Shown here: piece after piece, positions 57,671 to 64,000 of the stretch
Layout: every line of letters begins with the position of its first letter
How positions within the stretch are numbered: the first letter of the stretch is position 1
Assembly (NCBI GenBank): GCA_026397405.1
Contig: JAPLUW010000001.1
Location: forward strand, 407,064 to 471,063
DNA: 64,000 nt
Source: Candidatus Adlerbacteria bacterium
GTDB taxonomy: Bacteria; Patescibacteriota; Minisyncoccia; Phycocordibacterales; SBAW01
Direction: 5' to 3'
Made by a program: the position numbers and the translations under genes
The notes under the pieces: model-generated
What the model was told of the DNA's origin: nothing
What the model saw: only the letters and a program-made list of their open reading frames with translations
Database searches by the model: none

Positions 57671-58846
57671 TTACGGAAGGAATTTCTTGAACCAGCGCCA
57701 GAGGTTTTTAACAAGTTCACCCATAGATGGGTCTTCGTGATGTTCCAGGTCGCCACCAGACGTAAAACCCCAAATGGTGAGGCCGTATGCAACTGCCCAC
57801 GAGCCGTCTTTAAGCTGCATCTTTGTTGCAGCGCCTTCGGCGAGTGACGCAGTGCGTGCGGGCAAGCGCAGCGCTGCTTTTGCGAGATCAGATACACTTT
57901 GGATAAGCGAGCCCCCACCGGTCAAAATAATCCCCGCGGGCAGGAGTTCGTCTTTGCCAATTTTTTTCAAATGTGACTCTATGAGTTTAAACATCTCGGA
58001 CACTTTTTTTGCAATGATGTCGTCTATCTTCTTTTTTGGAAATGGGGCACCAAGCACGGCACCTTGTTTTAACTGTTCGGCATCTTCGGGCGAAATGCGC
58101 AGGCCGAGTGCGATTTCGTTGGTAACGTTACCGGCACCTATCGGGAACACTTTTATAGAAATGGGTGTCGTATCTTCAAACACGGCAATGGAAAGAGTTT
58201 CCGAACCGATGTTTGCTAGCACGCAGCCGACACGTTTTTGCATCTTGGTGAGTGCAACAAAACTTGCGGCAATGGGCGAGGCAACAATGTCTTCTACCTC
58301 AATGCCTGCATCTTCGACTGCGGCAACGAGGTCGGTCACATGGCGCTCGAGGCAGGTAATAAACAACGTCTCGACTGCAATACGCATACCTTTCATCCCC
58401 GCGGGTGAGCCACCCATCACTTTGACGCCGTCGACCGCAAACCGCAGGGGAATAGTATGAATTATTTTCCTATTTAAAATTGCACTTGGTGCCAGAGCTT
58501 TTTCGCTTGCGGCAATGGCGCGTGGGATGTCGCGGTCGGTAATTTCCGAGTCGCCACGCTCCACGACTGCCTCGCCGCGGGAAAATGCTTCGTCTAAGCC
58601 GATGCCGCCAATGCCAATGTATGCACGTTTTACTTTAACGTGTGCGGCCTTAGAGGCCTGTGCAACAGCCGCTGCAATAGAGCGCGACACTTCCTGCCCA
58701 GATAGTATGTACCCTTGTTTGAGCCCGCGGCTTTCTGCGTAGCCGGTGCCTAAGATACGTGGGGGCTGGTGTGGGTCGGTACTTTCAGCAATGACCACTT
58801 TGACATGGTAGGTGCCGACATCAATTCCTGTAACGATTTTGCTCAT
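57671..58846 (-). CDS. ftsA: cell division protein FtsA
   Basis: GIDVGT, SRGLKQG, GIILTGGGS, C-terminal amphipathic helix; adjacent to ftsZ. Confidence 0.92.
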   Translation of the reverse strand: MSKIVTGIDVGTYHVKVVIAESTDPHQPPRILGTGYAESRGLKQGYILSGQEVSRSIAAAVAQASKAAHVKVKRAYIGIGGIGLDEAFSRGEAVVERGDSEITDRDIPRAIAASEKALAPSAILNRKIIHTIPLRFAVDGVKVMGGSPAGMKGMRIAVETLFITCLERHVTDLVAAVEDAGIEVEDIVASPIAASFVALTKMQKRVGCVLANIGSETLSIAVFEDTTPISIKVFPIGAGNVTNEIALGLRISPEDAEQLKQGAVLGAPFPKKKIDDIIAKKVSEMFKLIESHLKKIGKDELLPAGIILTGGGSLIQSVSDLAKAALRLPARTASLAEGAATKMQLKDGSWAVAYGLTIWGFTSGGDLEHHEDPSMGELVKNLWRWFKKFLP

Positions 58847-59162
58847 GTAATGCAAGACCGAATTGTTTTAAAATTCGGCGTTCTTGTTTTTCCATTGTAG
58901 CACCATGTTTGAACCCTTTAATATGAAACAACCCGTGGATAAAGAGGTAGCCGACACTAAACGGATGCGCCGCGCGGCGGCAGATCAAAATCTCGCCAGA
59001 ATTTTTAGAAAGGGGAAATGAAAGGACGTTAGACACTTTGTCGACTTTTTTTGAACGGAGCGTCACGGCGCGCATCTCGCGCATAGACAAAAAAGCATAC
59101 GAGAGGTCGTATGCTTTTCCTAACACTTCGTTTTTGAGCGCCACGTAGGGAACGCGCTTCAT
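58821..59162 (-). CDS. ybeY: endoribonuclease YbeY (short)
   Basis: SNVLSFPL, GEILI, IHGLFHIKGFKH. Confidence 0.85.
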   Translation of the reverse strand: MKRVPYVALKNEVLGKAYDLSYAFLSMREMRAVTLRSKKVDKVSNVLSFPLSKNSGEILICRRAAHPFSVGYLFIHGLFHIKGFKHGATMEKQERRILKQFGLALHEQNRYRN

Positions 59163-59167
59163 TACGA

Positions 59168-59422
59168 TTATTTACGGCGGAAACCGCGTGGAGCGCGTTC
59201 TTCCATCTTGCCGAGCTTTATAAGCTCTTTAACGTTTTCGCGACGTTTGATTACTTTAAGAGTTTGTTTGCGGCGCACTTCGCGGGACTTGATGCGGGTG
59301 GCATAGCGGCGGCTGCGCATGCGCTGGATAAGCCCCGACCCCTGCACGCGCTTTGAAAAGCGGCGGATAAGGTTTACCGGGGTCTCGTTTTCGTTTTTGG
59401 TGACTTCTGCGTTAATTGCCAT
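59168..59422 (-). CDS. rpsU: ribosomal protein bS21-like
   Basis: V...E...NLIRRFSKRVQGSG...RSRRY..K; highly basic. Confidence 0.75.
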   Translation of the reverse strand: MAINAEVTKNENETPVNLIRRFSKRVQGSGLIQRMRSRRYATRIKSREVRRKQTLKVIKRRENVKELIKLGKMEERAPRGFRRK

Positions 59423-59495
59423 GTGGTCAAAATACTACCACATCCAGGCGTTATGGCGCAAGTGACCTATTTCAACATGATATACTTTTTGTTAT

Positions 59496-59795
59496 ATGGA
59501 CGAGAAAATCGACCGAATAGAAAAAGCGGTTGAGCGGACGGAGAAAAACGTCAGCGACCTAACTGAAATTGTAGTTGCTATTAAAGACTATATGCTTACG
59601 CACATGGCAACAAAAGAAGAATTGACAGAGGAACTTTCCAGCGTAAAAAAAGAATTACGGAAAGACCTTGCCGATGTGCGTGAAGAGCTTGGCGGTAAAA
59701 TTGAAGGAGTTCAGCGTTCGGTTGATGGAAGTTATGAACGCCAAAGTCTGCTCGAAACGCGTGTTTCGAAAGTTGAAACTGAATTGCACGTATAA
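59496..59795 (+). CDS. small coiled-coil protein, paralog of 46935-47207
   Basis: shared motifs and shared upstream TGATATACTTTT. Confidence 0.75.
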   Translation: MDEKIDRIEKAVERTEKNVSDLTEIVVAIKDYMLTHMATKEELTEELSSVKKELRKDLADVREELGGKIEGVQRSVDGSYERQSLLETRVSKVETELHV

Positions 59796-59854
59796 AGTAT
59801 AAAGAAAAAAGCCGGCCCGGGTGGGACGGCGTTGAAGATCGTGACCAGCATGAG

Positions 59855-60121
59855 TTAACTGACCTGCGGTTCCTGTTTGGGCTGCTGGGAGCCGTTGATG
59901 AGGTTTGCCATGTCCATCTGGAGCTTCCACTGGTCGATAGTTGGAGCGCGATTGCCGTAGCTTCCCAGAAGATTAGCGATGATATCCTCGAGCACCCCCT
60001 CTTGCTCGAGCGTCAGCTCGGCGTCCCGCCGAGTAAACGCGATAGCGACACCAAGCGGGTTCAAGGTCGTTTTGGTAGCAACGTTGCGTGCAATCAGAAA
60101 ATTGCGAGCATTGGTTCCCAT
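59855..60121 (-). CDS. hypothetical protein
   Basis: ATG 60121 with AAGGA upstream. Confidence 0.55.
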   Translation of the reverse strand: MGTNARNFLIARNVATKTTLNPLGVAIAFTRRDAELTLEQEGVLEDIIANLLGSYGNRAPTIDQWKLQMDMANLINGSQQPKQEPQVS

Positions 60122-60204
60122 AGCACGTTCCTTTGTTAGTGGGCAATTCGCCCGTGTACTCACATAACCTCACGCAAAATATCTATTTAGCCCGAAGTTG
60201 TCAA

Positions 60205-60237
60205 CTACACCTTAATTGTTTTTAAAAAGCGGGGAAG
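60205..60237 (-). repeat. duplicate of the last 11 codons of the hisS-like gene (60678-60710)
   Basis: 28/33 identical; both encode LPRFLKTIKV*. Confidence 0.85.
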
Positions 60238-60329
60238 TGAAATTTGATGTGGATAAAATCCTAGCAGGCATAACCACTACGATATATCGTAGTGGTTTGC
60301 ATTGTGGTTGGAAGAGGAATAATAAGGGG

Positions 60330-60677
60330 TTACAAAAACAATGTGGCGGCGATGCCGAGGGCTCCGAGGCAGAGGCCAATACCAGCGCCCAAGGTTGGTG
60401 TCTGATGAAAGAGTACAAATGCCAAAAACGGTTCAACAATTAAAATTGAACCAACAGAGAGCGCAGTTACAATCCAAATATTTTTAAATTGTGTGTACCC
60501 GAGCATGTAGCCGCCAACAAGAAGCGCTCCGCCTAGAATTACGATAGGAAGCATTACAAAGAAGGTTGAAGCATAGCTACCAACTTCAGCAGCGCGTTTT
60601 GAACCAACCAGTTCCGCACCAATTGAAAGCGTTTCGCCGAGAAATAGTAAAAGCAGTGGAGTAATTTTTTGCAGCAT
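60330..60677 (-). CDS. small 4-TM membrane protein (SMR/DMT-like)
   Basis: 115 aa, four hydrophobic helices with Glu in TM1. Confidence 0.7.
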   Translation of the reverse strand: MLQKITPLLLLFLGETLSIGAELVGSKRAAEVGSYASTFFVMLPIVILGGALLVGGYMLGYTQFKNIWIVTALSVGSILIVEPFLAFVLFHQTPTLGAGIGLCLGALGIAATLFL

Positions 60678-61826
60678 TTATACTTTAATAGTTTTTAAAA
60701 AGCGGGGGAGGGCGGAGAGCTGCAAAATTGTTTGTGACGAATTGGTAGACGAGCGGACAATGATAGTGCCGTCCAGGGCCTCGCGTTGGCCCATTATTAA
60801 AAGATGTGAGACACCTTGTGCCTTTGCCGACTCGAGCTGGGTACCGAGGCTCTTTGCGTCGAATGACTGCGAGACAGACACGTTTGCACTGCGGAGCATG
60901 TCGACAACCTGGAGGCCTTCCAGCTTGGCGCGGAGGCCGAGTTGTACAAAGTACACTTTTGGCATTTTTGCCGAAGGGGCTGGGGTAAAGTTGGCGCGCA
61001 CCGTGCCTTTTTTACGGAAGAAGACGCTCGCAGAGACTGCACTGCCGTCTTTTTTACCGGTTAGTTTGCGAACATATTCGTCATAGCGGCCACCCATAGC
61101 CGAAAGCACCGTCGCGTCTTCGCCTACCAGGTCGAGGGCAAAGACAATGCGCGGTTCGCGGTCATCGCCCACCAACAAGTCGTCGAGTTCGTATGGGAAG
61201 CCCAAGCGTTCGACATGTTCGAGCACTTCGCGGAAGTGGCCGCGGCTTTTTTCGGAAAGGAAGTTCATCGCACGGGGGCCGTCGCTCAAAATTTGGCGGC
61301 ATGTCTCGCCGGTGCAGTTGTACAAAGCAAGCGGGTCTTTTGCCAACATCGCACGGCACCCTTCATCTAAATTGTTTGCGTGTTTGCGGACGTAGCCCGA
61401 GAGTTCGCGTTCGAAGCGTGCTTTGGAGTCGCGGTCGCCTAGTGCGTTAACGCGTACGCGCGAAACAGTTGCGCCCCACTCGGTCATAATTGCAAACAAT
61501 GTTTTAAGCAAAATAACTTCGCCTAAACTCTCTGGCGAGCCAACCACTTGAAGCCCAAATTCTCCCGTGTCTTTTGGAATGTAGCTTGCAGGCACGTGCG
61601 AAGGAGTTGGGGTTGCGTAAAAAGCGAGTACGGGGTCGGTTGGTTTTTGTATGACGCATGAGGCGCAGGTTTGTGCAGTTGTCCCGAAGGAATGCACACC
61701 TTTTACGCGGTCAGCACGGGGGATGCCACGTTCGACTTCTTTCATCGGGCGGAAGCCATAGAAAGACGAAACGTCAGCAGCGTGTTTGATAAACAGCTCG
61801 GGCGAAAGTTTTTGAGGTGAACCCAT
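60678..61826 (-). CDS. degenerate histidyl-tRNA synthetase paralog
   Basis: YGF, GGRYD and C-terminal anticodon-binding domain retained; motifs 2 and 3 eroded. Confidence 0.75.
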   Translation of the reverse strand: MGSPQKLSPELFIKHAADVSSFYGFRPMKEVERGIPRADRVKGVHSFGTTAQTCASCVIQKPTDPVLAFYATPTPSHVPASYIPKDTGEFGLQVVGSPESLGEVILLKTLFAIMTEWGATVSRVRVNALGDRDSKARFERELSGYVRKHANNLDEGCRAMLAKDPLALYNCTGETCRQILSDGPRAMNFLSEKSRGHFREVLEHVERLGFPYELDDLLVGDDREPRIVFALDLVGEDATVLSAMGGRYDEYVRKLTGKKDGSAVSASVFFRKKGTVRANFTPAPSAKMPKVYFVQLGLRAKLEGLQVVDMLRSANVSVSQSFDAKSLGTQLESAKAQGVSHLLIMGQREALDGTIIVRSSTNSSQTILQLSALPRFLKTIKV

Positions 61827-61829
61827 ATG

Positions 61830-62387
61830 TTATTGAGGTTCTGCTATGCTGCCGGGAAAGATGTTTGCGGTTTGTACGGGGAGCAGGCGTAAAAAGACAC
61901 GACCGACAATATTTTCGCGAGGCACGGTGCCCCAGGAACGTGAGTCGGAGCTTTCCGGCCGATTGTCGCCCATCACAAAGTAGTTGCTGGTGCCAACTGA
62001 GTAGTCTTTGTTGGAGCCGTCGCCTTGGTTAACAACATACGACTCGTCTAGCTGCACTGTACTGCCGTCAACTTTAGAAACAGATACTGTGCCGTTTAAC
62101 ACATGCACAGTTTCACCCGGCAAACCAATGATGCGTTTGATAAAAAATTGTGTTGGGTCTTTAGGATAGCGGAAAACAATAACGTCGCCGCGCTTTGGTT
62201 GTTCAAAATGGTACGTTGCTTCGTCGATTATTAAATATTGCGCGTCTTCGAACGTGGGGACCATCGATGCACCAGAGACAATGAAAGGTTGTGCAACAAA
62301 AAGGCGTATTGGTAGAACGATGACGAGGGCAACGAGTGCGAACTTGAGGAGTTCTGTGAAAAAATTCTCACTTTTTTCCTCTGGCAT
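61830..62387 (-). CDS. lepB: signal peptidase I
   Basis: SGASMVPT, FIKRIIGLPGE, GDNRPESSDSR. Confidence 0.95.
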   Translation of the reverse strand: MPEEKSENFFTELLKFALVALVIVLPIRLFVAQPFIVSGASMVPTFEDAQYLIIDEATYHFEQPKRGDVIVFRYPKDPTQFFIKRIIGLPGETVHVLNGTVSVSKVDGSTVQLDESYVVNQGDGSNKDYSVGTSNYFVMGDNRPESSDSRSWGTVPRENIVGRVFLRLLPVQTANIFPGSIAEPQ

Positions 62388-62437
62388 GGAGATATTGTAG
62401 TTCACTCTTTGGAAGATGCAAGTTTTTTGTATAGCTT

Positions 62438-62532
62438 GAATAGTAAGCTCTCAGGAGTACGCAATTTTTCTGCTAAAAAATTGCTCAGTTCTCGCACCGT
62501 CGTGCTCAAAAGCCTCCTTTAAGCTTCTATTC
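62438..62532. repeat. multi-stem intergenic element with terminal inverted repeats
   Basis: GAATAGTAAGCT...AAGCTTCTATTC enclosing AGGAG/CTCCT, GCAATTTTT/AAAAATTGC and GCAC-CGTC-GTGC. Confidence 0.5.
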
Positions 62533-62565
62533 TTCGCTTTTTTCCTTTGTGTTATGCTTTGCCTC

Positions 62566-63153
62566 ATGAATTGGATAATCGCAGGCCTTGGCAACCCTGG
62601 AAAAGAGTACGACGGCACGCGCCACAACGTCGGCCGTGAGTTTTTGCAGCAGATAGAGAAGTCCGCCGGAGGCGGATCCGCCTCCGGCGGAAAGGAAATA
62701 AGAAAAGTTGAGTTGTTTGGTAAAAAAGTCACTGTAGTGACGCCTGACACCTACATGAACAACTCCGGGTTGGCGTTTAAAAAGCTTGTGACATCTAAAA
62801 AACAGGCCGAACAGTTCGTTGTCTTGCAAGACGAACTAGACTTGCCGCTGGGTAAAGTAAAACTTTCGTTCGGGTCGTCGTCTGGCGGACACAACGGCAT
62901 TAATTCAATCCATACAGCTCTTAAAACCAAAGACTTTGTGCGTATCCGTATTGGTATTTCGCCCGCAACCCCTTCGGGTAAATTAAAAAAACCGACAGGC
63001 GAAGAAAAGGTAGTCGACTTTGTGCTCGGCAAATTTAAAGCAACTGAGCAAGACAAATTAAAAAAAGCAAAAAAGCTTGTCCGCGACGCACTCGAACTCC
63101 TCGTGACCGAAGGTCGCGAAAAAGCAACGATGGAAATCCATTCGCGCAATTAA
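62566..63153 (+). CDS. pth: peptidyl-tRNA hydrolase
   Basis: GLGNPG..Y..TRHNVG, TYMNNSG, DELDLP, GGHNG, RIRIGI. Confidence 0.93.
   Translation: MNWIIAGLGNPGKEYDGTRHNVGREFLQQIEKSAGGGSASGGKEIRKVELFGKKVTVVTPDTYMNNSGLAFKKLVTSKKQAEQFVVLQDELDLPLGKVKLSFGSSSGGHNGINSIHTALKTKDFVRIRIGISPATPSGKLKKPTGEEKVVDFVLGKFKATEQDKLKKAKKLVRDALELLVTEGREKATMEIHSRN
62662..62691. repeat. 30-bp perfect palindrome in frame within pth
   Basis: TCCGCCGGAGGCGGA|TCCGCCTCCGGCGGA, flanked by AAG on both sides. Confidence 0.9.
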
Positions 63154-63155
63154 GC

Positions 63156-63572
63156 ATGGAGCGGAAAATTGATATCCATAAAGCATCGGGAGTTTTGATT
63201 CAAGGCCGGAAGTTTTTAATTGTGCGCCAAATAGGAAAGAAGTTTTTTGTAGCACCGGGCGGCAGGGTAGAAGTAGGCGAAATTGTAATAGATGCGTTGA
63301 AGCGTGAACTAAAAGAAGAGCTCACGATAGATGTTGATATCTCCGATTTAGAAGAGTTCGGAACATTTTATGCCCCGGCAATTGGCGAAGAAAATAAATA
63401 CCTCCAGTCGGATGTCTTTTTGGTCACCAAATGGAGTGGAACTATTGCTCCTGCAAGCGAAATTGAAGAAATAATGTGGGTTAATTCTGTTTTGCCTCCC
63501 GACATTGAACTCGGTTCAATATTTCATCACGACGTGTTACCAAAATTGAAAGAGTTAGGTCTTATTGATTAA
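63156..63572 (+). CDS. NUDIX hydrolase
   Basis: PGGRVEVGE...DALKRELKEEL Nudix box. Confidence 0.92.
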   Translation: MERKIDIHKASGVLIQGRKFLIVRQIGKKFFVAPGGRVEVGEIVIDALKRELKEELTIDVDISDLEEFGTFYAPAIGEENKYLQSDVFLVTKWSGTIAPASEIEEIMWVNSVLPPDIELGSIFHHDVLPKLKELGLID

Positions 63573-63573
63573 C

Positions 63574-63604
63574 AAAAAAACTCTCCAGTCTGGAGAGTTT
63601 TTTT
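63574..63604. terminator. bidirectional terminator
   Basis: AAAAAAACTCTCCA GTC TGGAGAGTTTTTTT. Confidence 0.85.
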
Positions 63605-63623
63605 AATTTTTATTTCTTGGAAA

Positions 63624-64000
63624 TTACTTTTTATCGCCACCAAAAGCCAAAGCCATGCGCATTTCTTTTGGATCAAACAAAGAGATGGTGAATGGGTAGC
63701 GTTTGCCAAGTTCGAGTGCTTGGCGGAGTTTTTCTTCCGAGCCAAACTCCGACACGTGCACCAAGCCTGCGATACCTTCTTCAATACTTGCAAGTGCCCC
63801 GTGCTTGTTGAACTTAATGACAACACCTTCGACTTTGTCGCCTTTGTTGTATTTACCCACAGCGTCTGTCCATGGGTTGCTCTTAAGTGCTTTGACTGAA
63901 AGCGAAACTTTGCCGTCTTTGATGTCGATAATTTTAACTTTTACCTTGTCACCAACTTTAAAGAAGTGGCGTGGGTCGTCCACCAATCCCCAGTCAATTT
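63624..64000 (-). CDS. rpsA: ribosomal protein S1 / S1-repeat protein, C-terminal part (starts beyond window)
   Basis: tandem S1 domains: KVGDKVKVKIIDI..SLSVK; GLVHVSE. Confidence 0.85.
   Translation of the reverse strand, partial: IDWGLVDDPRHFFKVGDKVKVKIIDIKDGKVSLSVKALKSNPWTDAVGKYNKGDKVEGVVIKFNKHGALASIEEGIAGLVHVSEFGSEEKLRQALELGKRYPFTISLFDPKEMRMALAFGGDKK

Overview
A 64-kb chromosomal segment using genetic code 11. The gene set, short proteins, compact rnpB and absence of Shine-Dalgarno motifs suggest a Patescibacteria/CPR (Parcubacteria-like) bacterium; this is inference. The backbone is housekeeping (ABC exporter pair, DEAD helicase, lexA, msrB, mutY-like, rnj, secG, groES/EL, rnpB, murJ, lepA, valS, tsaD, tsaC, trxB, ftsZ/ftsA, ybeY, rpsU, lepB, pth, rpsA, 8 tRNAs) plus many predicted surface proteins and an LPNTG protein/class F sortase pair. 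The most unusual part is an ~11.5-kb island (23977-35431) integrated at the 3' end of a rare tRNA-Ser(ACT). It encodes a large serine recombinase whose 3' end spans the att site. It also carries a complete inverted copy of its own reconstituted attP next to the recombinase start codon, which could form a flip switch that swaps the recombinase C-terminus. The island ends in a ~550-bp non-coding block of nested hairpins and carries redox/photo-oxidative-stress cargo. Other notable signals: a LexA with Cys-Asp at the autocleavage site, a 30-bp perfect in-frame palindrome inside pth, a structured repeat shared downstream of two tRNAs, a one-gene insertion bounded by a synonymously recoded duplicate of a gene's 3' end, an unannotated 34-aa membrane microprotein and pervasive leaderless promoter architecture. 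No CRISPR array was seen. All coordinates and repeats were read by eye.
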